A stretch of DNA of 64,000 bases from Callorhinchus milii (taxonomy: Eukaryota), in the NCBI RefSeq assembly GCF_018977255.1, contig NW_024704742.1:132682001-132746000 (forward strand). The letters are read 5' to 3'. Within the stretch, counting starts at the first letter, position 1. The number at the start of each line of letters is the position of its first letter. Below the pieces are notes generated by a model. The model did not search any database and was not told where the DNA came from. It saw only the letters and a program-made list of their open reading frames with translations. Below are positions 1-13,574 of this stretch, piece by piece. The translations under genes and the position numbers were made by a program.

Positions 1-889
1 AAGAAGTGAATCTCACTTATTCATGAAGGGAGGTGGTAGAGGGCTTTCTGGAAGGATAATAATTAGTGCATTTGAGGCAGCAGTTTTCACATCAGCAGGA
101 TGCCTCAAAGGGCTTCACAGGATTTTGTGCAAAGTGTAGTAACTGTGTATTTTGAAGACGAACGCGGCAGCCATGTCCCCACTAACAGCTATGGAGTGAG
201 TGAGCGAGTTTACCTTGGGAATTATTGGAGGATGGAATTGTGTGGTTCAAAGTGGTCTCCTTGCTATAAATCGCAGTTTAATTTCACTCTCTCAAATGCA
301 ACAATTATTGCTGTAAATCTGCAGTGACCACACTCTGCAGTTAACTACACTTTTTAACTGCGCAGGGCAATTTAGCTCAGAAATCGCGGGAGAGCTGGAG
401 GGGGCTTTTAAAATGTGATACGAACCTTTACGTGGTTCTTTGGCCAAGTAAAATGGATAACGCAACATTGATATGTACGTCATGCACAGTTTGCTGGGAA
501 AACCCATTAACGCCCAAACTGAGAGATTCTCCTCACCTTGACTGTGACGAATACCAATTCTTGGGTCAGCAACCTTTAAACAAACTTGCCTCTTTGTGAG
601 AAGTAAAACACTTTGGAAATGTATCTCTAGCTATTTGATGGCCCTAACACCAAGTGTATGTGAAACAGGCAATCAAACCCATGTAAACCAGGGAAAATTG
701 GTTTCCAATTTAAGGCTGGATTCAAGGCTCTTTTGAATATTGTGCACTTGTGGCATTGAATTTTTTTAGTGTAAGAACTTGTGAAATTATGGGACCCAGT
801 TGCCTTGATTTGCCTGGTTTCAGTTGGTAGCACTCTTGCCCCTGAGTCAGGAGTTAGTGGGTTCAAGCCTCACGTCAGGACTTTGAGCT

Positions 890-1244
890 CTGAGCGCATT
901 TGTCTCACATGCGAGAGGACCCAGGTTCGATTCTCAGGTAGGGAAAAACCTTAGGCAAGTTTCCTCTGTTTAGCTAGCAGTAAGTAGGAACCCGGTTGTT
1001 AGTTGATTGGCGGATTGCTTTCTGGAGGTAATACTCTCTTCAAAAGAAAATAATTTGGTCACTCAATCCACAACTGTCTGTGGGACTCTGCTGTGCACAA
1101 TTGGTTGCTGCATTTTGCCCACAAAAACACAGTCAATCCACTTTAGAATATATTCTGTGAAGCGCTTTGAGATATCTCAACAACATGATAAAGCGCTATA
1201 TCAAACACAAGGATTATTATTATTATTTTTATTATTATTATTAT
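890..1244 (+). mobile_element. Family-A SINE (long) nested in a family-B SINE (~810-890 and ~1245-1500)
   Basis: B head before and B body after the A copy. Confidence 0.8.
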
Positions 1245-1809
1245 AGTCTGACAGTGCAGTGCAGTGGTGGAGGGAGCGCTTCATTTTTGGAGGTGCTGTC
1301 CTTCAGAGGGAAGGAGGGAAAGGGTGAGATCCAGACAGCAGGGTCTTTAGTTAATGCAAATTTGGATGAGAGGTTGAACTGAGGTCAGGTCTGCCTGTTT
1401 GGGTGGATGCTAAAGATCCCATGGCACAATTCAAAAAGAGAAGGGAGTTTCTCCAGGTGTCCTGGCCAACAATCCCCCAGATAAAACTGGTTTCTCCACT
1501 TCACTGAAACTTTGTCAGGTGCTTGCAGATGTTGCTGGTGATATATCAAATACACAAATTTTTTTGATTGGAAACATTTCCATATTCATGCTCAAGCTTC
1601 CTTCATGAGATGATTCATGTGTACTTTAATGAACGATTGTAACGTTCTGGGGTATTTACAATTCAAAACCTAGAGATGGATTTTAGATGTTCTATTATTA
1701 AAAGCATAGCTTGAATCTTTGGGGATGTCAGAAATTAAAAGGAGAAGGGGTAATCCCAGGGTGTCAACCTAGCTCTGTTGGTAGCACACTCGCCTCAGAG
1801 TCAGAAGGT

Positions 1810-1977
1810 TAGAACCATAGAAAGTTATGGCACAGAAGAAGGCCATTTGGCCCAACGTGTCTGTGCTGGCTCGTTCAAGAACCAATCCTTTCAGTCCAAT
1901 TTCCCTGCCCTTTCCTCAATACCCCTGTAGCTAACTCTTACTATCCTAATTATGTGAAACAAATTCTCCTAACCTCT
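1810..1977 (-). mobile_element. CR1-type LINE 3' end inserted in a family-B SINE
   Basis: agaaccatagaaag...gcacagaagaaggccatttggccc, typical of chondrichthyan CR1 3' ends. Confidence 0.7.
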
Positions 1978-2449
1978 TTGTTTGTTTACTAACTATCTTA
2001 AATAGAATATTAGATTGGTACTTTGTGTAGCATCAGCCTAGGCCATCTTTTCAGGTGGACATTAAAGATCCCAGTGCACAAATTCAAAAGAGAGAGGGGA
2101 GTTTCTCCCGGTGTCCTGACCAACAATCTCCCAAATAAATTGGATCATTCCCTTCATGGCTGTTTGTGGGACATTCCTGTGCGTAAATTGGCTGCCGCGT
2201 TTGCCCACAAAATATATAGTTGCTACGCCTTTAGAGTAATTACTATAAAATGCTTTGAGATGATTTCATGTTATGGGTACTATTCAACTGCAAGGATAAT
2301 TATGGTTATTAAAAGTTTATGCATTAGTATTAACAAGGGATAATAGGTCTTGGAGCTAATAAACATCATATCAGCTGAAAAAGGGTGTAGTTTAAGATCA
2401 GAGGAAATTCTGCAGTCGTCTGATGTGAGTTGTGGGCCCACGGATATTT

Positions 2450-2935
2450 AACAACAACAATTTACATTTATACAGCGCCTTTCACATTGGGAGGACATCT
2501 CAAACAGGGAACCTCAGCTGACAGGGGAAGCAAAAGAGGGTGGGGAAGGCATGCGGTAAAGGTGGCTGTAAAGCACAGTCGATAAGATTGGGTCTTCATG
2601 TGGGCTTTAAAGCTGGGGGTAGAGGGAGGAGACGAGGCAGACGGACTCCGGGATTGAAATCAGATTGGTTTTGAAACGTCCTCCTGATGTGAGGAGGTGC
2701 AGCGACTATGTATTTTACAGGTTGACGTGGTGGACAATTTTGCCGAATGGCTGAAAGTCTGCATTATGATGGTGGAGCGGGATGAGTGGGGTGGACATGA
2801 AGGGAGCAGCCAGGTGGGTGGGGTTTGAAGAGGTCTCAGAGGTAGGGTGGGGCAAGACCATTGAAGGATTTAAAGGGCAGAAGAAAGATCTCAAACTCGA
2901 TGCGCTGGGGGGAATACAGAGCCAATGGAGCTACA
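2450..2935 (-). mobile_element. Old L2 3' fragment
   Basis: (caa)n tail, cagcgcctttcacattgggaggacatctcaaa, purine-rich L2-like body. Confidence 0.6.
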
Positions 2936-4745
2936 GAACATAGTTAATACTGTTCTGGGAATGCCTTTACTTATTATTATAACCAGAGGCAGTGAATCTG
3001 TTATAGCAATTACGATAATCCTTTACATTAGACATAGTCGGTAGGACATCTCAAAACCAATCTGAATCAAGTAACGACATATAAGGTAATGTATATTCAC
3101 TTTCTGAAATCTTTTGGTCATCAGTCTCAGTGGAATAGCTCCAGAATGATTTAACATTTATTCCTGTCACTTTCCCATACTGTTCTGCAACTTTTAAGAA
3201 ATGTTGTCTCCAAATATTTTCTTTCCTGCCCGTCTGCAGGTTCCCCAGGGCTCAATGGACAGCATTAGTACAGTACAATAAGGGGAAGCAGCTCAGTTTT
3301 CAGTAATAAACTGAAGAAAATCGGTCGCTCCCTTCACGGCTGTTTGTGGGACATTGCTGTGCACAAAATTGGCTGCCGCATTCACCTGCAAAATACCAAG
3401 TCGCTGCACCTCCTCACTTCAGGAGGACGTCTCAAAGCCCATCTAAATTACTAAAGAAAAAGACCCAATATTCACCTACATCTCTAAAGCTCAAGTATGG
3501 CTTTCAGTTATGATGTGAAAGTAGAGTAATGCAATTTATTCTTTATGTTGTGCCCTACGGTCTATTAAATCCATGCGGTTTGAGATGCCAATCTCGAGGT
3601 TAAAGATCCCTTGACGCTATTCGGAAAGAGAAAGGAGGTTTTCCAGTTAGCTTGATCATTGCCTTGTTGGCTGTTCATGGGACTTTGCTATGCACAAATT
3701 GGCTGCTGTGTTTCCCTACAAATAATACAGTATTAGGTGAACAGTAAGTGAAAAGCAGAAAAGAGATACAATTTGCTTCTTTGTGGCTCCTGTTGGTTAT
3801 TGTAACCTCGGAATTGGGATGTTCAGAATATGTCTCACAGATGGGAATAACATTGTACCATGTGCAATATCTATACTCCTCTGTCTCTGGGAAAACTCTG
3901 GAATCTTGCTGACAGATTTAGTAATCTGCCTTGCTTTTCACCAAATGACACTTGACCTTTTGACTACTGAATGCCTTTTGCAGCTTTCAAAACACACGTC
4001 AGCCAACATCTGCAGAAGGGATGTGTTTCCATCGCTTAATAACACAAGAAGACAGGCTAGGGATGGGGAAAGACATTCGCAAATAAAACTTTAGAACTAA
4101 CAGCAGCTAGAATGAACTTGCATTTTTATAGTCCCTGTAAGGTCGGACCATGTATCGCAGTAGTTGCCATCATATAAAGTGAGCGTTTTTGTAACTTAAC
4201 TCAGCAGCCAATTTCCACACAGCAATGTCCCATGAACAGCCATGAAAGAGTGGTCATTTTATCTGGAAAACCTCCCTTCTCATTTCAAATAGCATCAAGG
4301 GATCTTTAAACTCCACCTAAACACACAGTGCTCCCTCATTGCTCAGCCTAGACAGTGAGCTCAAAGTTGTGGGGGCTTGAACCCACAACCTTCTGGCCAA
4401 GAGGTGGGAATGCTGCTCACTGAACCAGCTGATTGTCTAGTTCCTCTCCTGGAGACTTTTCTATCAATAATTTATCTAAAAGGAAGTTAAGGGAAGCTTT
4501 ATGAAATGCTGCAAACTTTATGCCCCCAAAATCTTGCACTTCGGTTTGCTACGATGAAATAAATACACCCTCAAAGGGTTAATTTGAGGATAACATTTGG
4601 GACCCAAACACACAATTACCTTCTCCATTTGCACTGTGTCTTAGTCAAATAATAAATAAAAATAATGCATTGTCTTAGGGTTTGGGGCACAAAGAGGTGA
4701 GTATTGACAGCTTGTGATTTCTTCCCTCCCCAACTCTCTCCAACG

Positions 4746-4977
4746 TAGGAACATAGGAACAGGAGTAGGTCATTCAGTCCCTTGAACCTGTTTTGCCATT
4801 CTATTAGATCTGTACCTCAACTCCAATTCCCCACCTTTGCCCCATATCCCTTGATACCTTTATCTAACAAAACTCTATCCTCAGCCTTGATAATGTGAAT
4901 GGATCCAGCATCCACAGCTTTCCGCGGGAGAGAGTTCCAGATTTTCACAACCCTTTGGGTGAATAAAATGCTTCCTG
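4746..4977 (-). mobile_element. CR1 LINE 3' end
   Basis: taggaacataggaacaggagtaggtcattcag...gttccagattttcacaaccctttgggtgaa. Confidence 0.8.
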
Positions 4978-6169
4978 AGGGACCTGAGGGAATGTGAGGA
5001 AAAATGTTCTCATTAGACGACCAGGCAGCACTTCCTGATCAGCCGTAACAATCTGCCTTTGTGTCTCGGTCAAAGGTCTCAGAGGTATTCATTAAGGTGG
5101 AATCGAGAAAAATAATTAAGACGTTTGTCAAATAAAAACCAATTTTTAAAACAAAAATGAAAAATTAATTAAAAAAATCAATAATTGGCTGCTGCGTTCG
5201 CCCACTCAACCAATTTGGCAATATAGCCCAGCATCCTGTTTGCCTTGTTTATTGCTGCCTCACACTATTTGACATAGTGAGTGACAAACCAATTCATGCA
5301 CCTGGATCTCATCTCTTTCAGTTTCCACCTAAGCAAGTTCTATCTTAAACATATTTTTATCTTTTCAGTCAACGCACTTTACAATGTATTCTGCAAAGCG
5401 CTTTGAGATGTCTCAACAACGTGATAAGGCGCTATATCAAATGCAAGGATTATTATCATTATTATTATTATTATTATCCGCTACACGTAAATTGTCTGCT
5501 GCGTTCGCCCACAAAAACACACAGTCACTCTGCTTTACAGTAAAATCCCGTGATGTACATTTAGCCGTCTCAGTGACGTGATAAGGCGCTGCATCAACCG
5601 GAATGATTATTAATTTCATAATGCATTTTTAAAAAAAAAAAAAAATGAGTAACGAGTTAATAAAATGAAGAGTTAATGAAAAAAGGAAGAGCAGATAAAA
5701 ATACAGAGTTAATGAATGACAAATAGATAAAATAACACTTTTATTTTATGATTATTAAAAAAAACTTGCATTTATATAGAATCCTTTCACACGGGATAGA
5801 GTCTCGTTAAAAAGAAAGGTTTTAAAACGATGAATGTAACAATTAAAGAATAGTTTCAACCACCGTTGCTCTGCCCAGTGGAACGTTAACTTAACGTCAT
5901 ACTTTGTTGACAGATGCAGTGTTGTGGCTTCCGTCTCTTGAGACTGCGCTTTTGAAAGCAGTCGTGGCCGCCCTGAGCCTGTGGAGGGGAGCTGTTCACT
6001 CTCGTAAAGCACACAAAATATATCACTACTGACAGTGGGTTCCTGGCATTCATTCACTTGTTGTCAGAGGCTGTCCTAACCCCGTGACTCTCACCGATTA
6101 ATCTTCGGCCCTTTGTGATGACGCGCTGGCCAATGCAGTTTAATACAGACAAATGTGAGATAATTTATA

Positions 6170-6480
6170 AGAGAGAACCCGGGTTTGATCCCCGAGCAGG
6201 GCAAAACCTTAGGCAAGTTTCGTTACTCCACTCGCCTCTGTTTACCTAGCAGTAAGTAGGAACCCTGTTGTTATAGATTGGCGGATCACTTTCCGGGGGT
6301 AATGATCTCTCCAAAAATAAAACATTTAGTCACTCAATCCACGCCTGTTTGTGGGACGCTACTGCGCCCAATTGGCTGTCGCGTTTCGCCCACAAAATAT
6401 ACAGTCAATCCACTTTAAAACATATTTTGTGAAGCACTTTGAGATATCTCAATGACATGATAAGGTGCTATATCAAGTGT
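6170..6480 (+). mobile_element. Family-A SINE, long form, 5'-truncated
   Basis: B-box through tail match other copies. Confidence 0.82.
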
Positions 6481-6496
6481 CTTAAATTAATTAAAG

Positions 6497-6878
6497 AGAG
6501 TTGTTATGATCTAGAATGCACTGCCTGAAAGGGTGGTAGAAGCAGATTCAATAGTAGCTTTCAATAGGATAGGTACTTGAAAAGGAAAAAATTGTAGGGC
6601 TTTGGGGTAAGAGCGGGGAGTTGGACTAGTTGGTAGCTCTTTCAATGTGCCGACACAGGCACAGGTTTTTGTGGGTGAACACTGTAGCCAACTTGCACGC
6701 AGCAGAATAGAACTTGCTAAGAGAGAAGCTGAAAGAGGTCAAGGGGTGTTTGATGACTCAGCGTTCACTGTGTCAAAACAGTGTGAGGCAGCAACAAACA
6801 AGGCAAATAGGATGCTGGGCTATACTGCCAAATCAGTTGAGTTTAGATCTTCAGACGTCACACGCACACTGTATTAGG
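6497..6878 (+). mobile_element. CR1 LINE fragments (3' region and RT piece)
   Basis: SKQCEAATNKANRMLGYTAKSVEFRS is a CR1 RT motif; tctagaatgcactgcctgaaagggtggtagaagcaga 3' region. Confidence 0.7.
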
Positions 6879-6879
6879 G

Positions 6880-7222
6880 CATCTGATCTCATCTCTTCAA
6901 AACATCCACACTACCATCGTCCCAACCACAACATCAAGCTACTTTCTAACTCTGGAACTCCATCCCCCAGTAGCTTCGCCTTGCTTCCTCCCTTTCCTCC
7001 TTCAAGGCCGGTCTCAAGACCTTTCTCTTCGACCGTGCCTTCAGCTCCACTCTCGACTCTCTACACCCTCCTCGCTCCCTCCCTTCCCTCCCCTCACCCT
7101 GACCATTTACCCCCTGCTCGGGTCCCGACCCAACTGTCTAGTGCCTTGGGACGTCCTCCCGACGTGAAAGGCACTCTATAAATGAAATCTTGCTGTTGTT
7201 GTTGTTGTTATTGTTGTTGTTG
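6880..7222 (+). mobile_element. L2 LINE 3' end with (TTG)n tail
   Basis: ttcaaggccggtctcaagacctttctcttcgaccgtgcc...gggacgtcctcccgacgtgaaaggc...(gtt)n; close match to 58826-59080. Confidence 0.85.
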
Positions 7223-7356
7223 CAAATGAGTATCCGGTCTCAACTGCCCTTCCCAGCACTGTTACAGTGTTAAATACCCTCTGCTTTAAGAAGATCTTCC
7301 TGTTGTCTGTCCTGAAATTGCCCTTTGCAACTCTAAACCTGTCCTCTTGTTACAAC

Positions 7357-7693
7357 AATAATAATAACCCTTGTATTTGCTATAACGCCTTATCATGTCG
7401 TTGAGATGTCTCAAAGCGCTTCACAGGAATGTGCTGTAAAGCGAATTGACTGTATATTTTATGGGCTCAAAACGGCAGCCAATTGCGCACGGCAGTGTCC
7501 CAGAAATAGTCATGGATTGAGTGACCAAATTATTATTTTTTTTGGAAGGGATTATTACCCCCTGAACAGCGCTCCACAAATCGAGGTGCGTGGAGTAAGG
7601 AAAACTTGCCTAAGGTTTCGCTCTGGCCAGGAATCAAGCCGGGGTCTTCACGCTTGCGAGGCGAGTGCACTAACCACTACGCTATGGGAATCC
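7357..7693 (-). mobile_element. Family-A SINE
   Basis: Reverse-complement copy with partial central deletion. Confidence 0.82.
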
Positions 7694-10061
7694 ATAGAGG
7701 TGGGGAACCTTATAGAGGGGAACCTTATATAGATGTTTAAATTTTAAATGAAAAAGTAAAGCAGGGACAATCCTTTACCTGGGGAACAAGGCATATGCAA
7801 AAAGCACCTTCACCACGAACAACCCCACAACTTTAACGCTTTCCCAGCCTGTCTTATTTTGACAGGATTCACTGCCCTGCTCTTTGCTCTGCTCCAGCTG
7901 AGCCTGTTAAACCAGTCTAACACGCCCCTCCACCCCCAACCCCCCACTTCTCTCCCCGCACCGCTTACTCACACAGCCCATCATTATTACTTTAAAACAA
8001 AGCTTAAAACCACGGGACAAAAGCCGCAATCTGCACAATTTTAGAACAGGAGGAAATGGAGAGGTTTTTTCCAAAACAAAGTACGAGACCGATGCACGCA
8101 GAGCCATGAGTTACTCAGCAAAAGATCAGCTGTTGCAACAACCAAAGGCTGAGACCCCAGTTATCCTGACTTGCCCTCCCTTGCCCTGTGCCGAATGACA
8201 TAATTCACACTACATTGAGGAGGGACTCACACACACTGGAGACTGCACCAGTGATGCTAAAGAAGCAGCTTTAATCCTTTCAGACCAGCTCTGAGCCTCC
8301 TCCGCCGCTCCCCTACCCCTCTACGCCACCTTCGGCGGCCGTGCTTTTAGGCAATATGTTCCGCTGGACCACCCTGCCCCAATTCCTTCAGCTCTCCCCC
8401 ACCGCCCTAAGCCCCCTCCCTTTTATCTACCTTTATGAAAAAAAATTTGGTCACTCAATCCACGACTGTCTGTGGGACGCTGTTGTGCACAATTGGCTGC
8501 CGTGTTTCGCCCACAAAATACACAGTCAAAATTCACTTTACAGTATATCCTGTAAAGCGCTTTGAGATGTCCCAACGACGTGATAAGGCGCTATATCAAA
8601 GGCAAGGATTATTATTGCGCTAGAGTGTCAGGCCTGGTCTGTGAGCTGGAGTTCTGATGTGAGGCTTGCACCCACAGGCTTCTGTCTCAGACTCAAGAGC
8701 ACGATTAACAGAGCCAGTCTGATGGCAAAGTATTTACACGTTGGAGACAAGACTCCCAGAGCATGTCTGATGTTTACAAGTGGCACTGACCTTTGCCCTG
8801 GGGTCGTGAGGAATGAGCAAGCGTCGGAGAAGAGGAAAAATAAACCGATATATAAAAAAAACAAGGTCAAGGTACTTTTCTGAGCACAATTGACACTTTA
8901 TAAAACTCCTTTGCTTGAGACTCCAAAGTGATGCTTTAAGTTAAAAAAATATTATTTTGACTAAAATGATAGAGCAATCGCAAATACTGCAGAATAATAT
9001 AATAATAATCTTCGCATTTTACATCCAGAGGATGTCTCAAAGCACTTCAGGATTCATTGTAATGTTTTATAAGGGAACTCAGCAGCCAATTTGCACACAG
9101 CAATGTCCCACAAACAGCCCGTGAACTGAATGATTAATTTTATTTGGGGAGGTTGTTGGCCAGAAACTCCCTTGTGGTTTTGAATAGTACCACAGGATCA
9201 TTAACATTCACTCGAACAGTCAGACAGGACTTCAGTTTAACGTCTCACCCAAAGGATGGCACCCCCAACAAGGCAGCGTTCTTCCAACAGCACTGGAGTG
9301 TCAGAGTACATTATGAGCTCAAAGTCCTGACCCAGAAATTTTAGATTTTGTTTAGGGGATAAAGGCCTTCAACCTATCTGACCTCACTCTATGGAACTCC
9401 ATCCCGGAGTCTCTCTGCTTCATTCCGTCTCTCAGCTTGTTCAAGGTCCATCGCAAGACGTTTCTATTGCAAGTGTGCTGTAAATCATAGTCCCTTATAG
9501 AGCGGCTTATAAAGTACTTTCTTTTAGTGAATGCATGTTTTCCAGGAATGATCTGCTGAGGAGAGGCAAAAGTTGTGCACTCCGATACCAAATATTAACC
9601 TTTTATCTATCAGGCCCAGTCTAATAGGCTCAATGGGCCTCAGCAACCTAGGTCTGTCGGAGCCTTTAGCAACGTAGGCTCGATAAGACCTAACTATCTG
9701 GGCCCGATCTCACTTAGCAACCTAGGCAGTTCTGCAGCTAAAGAGGCTTATCTTGTTACTCATCAAACCTCACACTTTCCTTTTTGTTGCTGGGCCACAG
9801 CTCACACCAAACATCAACTTTCCCTGAGGCTGGAATATCCAATTAAAATAAAGCTAAATTGAATGATATTGGGTTTGCATTTCTCGCCCGCAGTAAATCT
9901 TCTCAATCATCAAAAACAAAGTCCAACCTGCAGTTGCGAAATTAATGTGTAGTAAATTAAAGACAGACGAGGCAAGTCAATGCCTGAGGGAGATTAGTGA
10001 AACGAAAACTTCACAAAAAGTGACAACATCCAGACATTTATTATCTTAATCTACAGATTGC

Positions 10062-10388
10062 AACATTTAATTAGATACTAATGGTCCCAGCCTGATATTT
10101 ACTTGGTGGGTGTTTCTTAAAATATAAGTATTCAATTAAATGTCCCCAATAATTTTGATTCAAATTGTAATTAGTTTTCTCCTCCTCTGAACAAATCAAA
10201 ACAAGCTTTGAAAGAATTATAATGAAACATATAATTAGATAGTGATGTTCCCAGCCTGATATTTAGTAAGTAGGTGTTTCTTAAAATTAAAGTGTTCAAT
10301 TAAACTCTCTCAATTTTTTTGTTTCAAATTGTAATTTTGTTTTCCCCTCCTCTGAACAAATCAAAAAAACTTTGACAGAATTATAATA
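10062..10388 (+). repeat. Diverged tandem duplication, 2 x ~164 bp
   Basis: aacat.taattagata...cccagcctgatattta...ctcctctgaacaaatcaaaa...agaattataat repeated at 10062 and 10226. Confidence 0.85.
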
Positions 10389-10717
10389 ATAATCCTTGCA
10401 TTTGATATAGCGCCTTATCACATTGTAAAGACATCTCAAAGTGTTCACAGTATATACTGTTAAGTGAATTGACTGCATATTTTGTGGGTGAAACACGGCA
10501 GCCAATTGTGCACAGCAGTGTCCCCCAAACAGTCATGGATTGAGTCACCACATTTTTTTGAAGGGATTGTTATCCCCTGGAAAGCGATCCGCCAATCGAC
10601 TAACAACAGGGTTCCTACTTACCAAGTAGGTAAACAGAGACGTGTGGAGTTAGGAAACTTACTAAGGTTTTGCACTGACCAGGAATCAAACCCAGGTCCT
10701 GTGTTTACAAGGCGAGA
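10382..10717 (-). mobile_element. Family-A SINE, long form
   Basis: Reverse-complement copy. Confidence 0.82.
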
Positions 10718-11162
10718 ATTGCAGAACTTTAAAGGTATATCGCTTCACACCGGCTTTATTAGATCTGTCTGTTTCACAACATTTTGCACATAATTCCTGG
10801 CTTCTTGGTGCTCTAATGGGTGTTTAGGAGGGTGGATGTTCTGGAGGAATGCGGTCCTACGGACTGAAAGGCCTTCTTCATCTGAATCAATCTTGTGATT
10901 TTATGATATCCATGGAGTTTCACCCCCTCTGCTTCCTGTTACACAGAGTGGTATGTGATTGACACAGCCATTGCCCAACTTGTCCGCATTGGTCATTTTT
11001 TTATCTGGTGGATTGATGGCCGGGACACTGAGAGAAACTCCCTTCTCTTTTCTAATGGTGCCACAGTTCTTAAACGTCCACCTGGACAGGCAGATGGAGC
11101 CTCGGTTTAACGTCTCATCTGCAGGAAAGCATCACTGATAAGGTAGCACAACATAAAACACT

Positions 11163-11479
11163 TAATAATAATAATCCTTGTACTTTATATTAGCGCTTTT
11201 CATGTCTTCCAAACGTCTCAAAGCGCTTCACAGAATATGCTGTAAAGTGAATTGACTGTATATTTGTGGGCAAAGCACGGCAGCCAATTGCGCACACCAT
11301 GTCCCAAAAACAGTCGTGGATTGAAAATGACCAATTATTATTGTTTTTGTTTTTGGAGGGCTTATTATTATTAGGCGTGTGGAGTAAGGAAACTTGCCCA
11401 AGGTTTCGCCCTACCTGGTATTGAACTCAGGTGTCTCGCTTGCAAGGCGAGTGCTCTAACCACTGAGTTACAAGACTCC
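11163..11479 (-). mobile_element. Family-A SINE, short form
   Basis: Full length; lacks the ~60-nt central block. Confidence 0.88.
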
Positions 11480-12039
11480 ATTTGAGTACATCTAACTCTC
11501 AGTAGTTTATCTTGTGGACTCTTAAGCATGGTGACCGTTTTCCATGTGTGTCGGACACACAGTTGACTAAAAAAAAGGAAAATCTATGGAACCGAACCTG
11601 GATTCTTTTGCAAAGGATATATTAAAAACTGTGCTTTAAAGAATAGTTTTAATGCCATGCATTATTTTCCATTAGAGCATCACTGGTCCACATTCTCAGG
11701 CTTGTGGGCTTGGAACTGAACCGGTGTGTGATGGTTCCCTGCGCATCACACACGGTTTCTGTGGAAACACGTTCTCAATAAATCCAAGTGACTTGCCTGT
11801 CCCACTATCACTGGAATGTGGTGGTCAGTAGAACTCGACTTTTTTTCAATGTTTTTTACGCTAATTCAATTTGAGGAATAAATCAAAGGCACCAAAGAGG
11901 AGGAACGTAAATCATACTCTGTCAGACATGTGGTAATACAGGTAAATACACACAGGCAGACAGACAGTCAGACACATAGACAGACATAGACAAATGGCTC
12001 GTGGCAAAACGAATTGGAGACACACATGCAGACATGACC

Positions 12040-12395
12040 ACATAATAATGATCTTTGCATTAGATAACGCACCTTTCACGTCAGGAGGATGTCTCAAAAC
12101 ACTTCACAAGATACATTGTAGAGTTGAGTGACTGTGTGTTTTATAGGTGAATGCACCAGCTAATTTGTGCATAGCAATGTCCCACAAACAGCCACCAATT
12201 TTATCTGAGGAATTGTTGGCCAGGACACTGGAAGTAATTCCCTCCACTTACTGAACAGTGCCAGAGAATTTTAATCTGAACAGGCAGACAGGACCTCTGA
12301 TTAATGTCTCATCCAAAGGACAGTATCTTTAGCAATGCAGCATACCCCCAGCCTTGCACTGGAGGATCAGCCTAGACTGTATGAGTTTAAAGACC
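12040..12395 (-). mobile_element. Family-B DeuSINE
   Basis: Reverse copy, head truncated. Confidence 0.75.
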
Positions 12396-12419
12396 CAAGG
12401 TAGAAAGGGGCAAGAACAT

Positions 12420-13355
12420 GGAGTGCTTTAAAGGTGAGGATGAGGATCTTAAACTCGATCCTCTGGGAGATGGGTAGCCATGGAACCAGATGAGGATGGT
12501 TGTGATAGGCTCATGGAGCTTGGTCTGCGAGAGCACATGAGTTGCAAATTTATGAATAATCTACAGCTTGTGGAGGGAAGAATTGGGAGTCCGGTAAACA
12601 GGGAGTTAGCATAGTCAAGCCTGGATATGACGAAAGCATGGATAAGGGTTTTGGTTGACTGAGGGGAGAGGCAGTAAGGGAGACAGACAATGTTGCGGAG
12701 GTGGAGAAAGATAGAATGGGTCATGACACAGATGTGGGGTTTAATAATAATAATCCTTGCGTTTGATATAGCGCCTTATCATGCTTTCAAGACGTCTCAA
12801 AGTGCTTCACAGAATATACTATAAAGTGAATAAAGTGTATATTTTGGGGAGTTAAAGAAAAGTTGAGGGTTGAAAAAACACCAAGGTTCTGTATTGGCTT
12901 TGTAAGGTGTAGAGTGCATCCATGAATAGTGATGCTGTCAGCGCCTGAGGTGCTGAGGTGCTGACGGGAGCAAAGCAGGAGGGCTTCAGTCATGTCAACA
13001 TTCAACTGGAGAAATTTGGCTCTCATCCAGGATTTGATGTCTAACAGGCATTCTTTCAGGACAGCAGTGGTCCTGGAGTCGAGGGTTGAGGCAGAGAGAT
13101 AGAGTTGAGTGTCATCCGCATACTAGTGGAAGGTAACCACATGCCTGTTGATGATATCCCCAAGCAGGAGCATGTAAATATTAAAGAGGAGAAGACCAAG
13201 GACAGAGCTCTGAGGAAGGCCAAAAAAGATGGTGCGAGGGCCGGAGGAGAAGCCTTTATCGGGTACAAAGTGGAAACGACGTGAAAGGTAAGAGTGAAGC
13301 CAGGCGAGGACAGAACCATAATGTACATCTGAGAGGACAGTTGGCGGAGAAGGCT
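12420..13355 (-). mobile_element. Decayed L2 LINE RT fragment with a SINE tail inserted at ~12743-12850
   Basis: Minus-strand ORFs MRAKFLQLNVDMTE and TLIHAFVISRLDYAN. Confidence 0.85.
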
Positions 13356-13573
13356 AAAAACTAGGTAGAATTTGGGATCTGTGATTGTTTTGTTAAAAAA
13401 AAACTGTATCTTTCACTGTTCCAAGTGCTGTGTGTAATAATAATCCCTGGATCTTGTAAAGCGCCTTTCATGTCAGGAGGACGTCCCAAAATGCTTCATA
13501 CGATATACCACAAAGTGGAACGACTGTGTCTTCTGTGGACGAACACCCACAAAATTATTATCTGTGTAAAAAA

Positions 13574-13574
13574 N
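13574..13574. other. Ambiguous base N (possible contig join)
   Basis: Single n in the sequence. Confidence 0.95.

Noticed and set aside
9610..9730. Recurring agcaac(c/g)tagg motif, CRISPR-like spacing
   Set aside because: Three short degenerate copies with irregular spacing in eukaryotic DNA; no cas genes.
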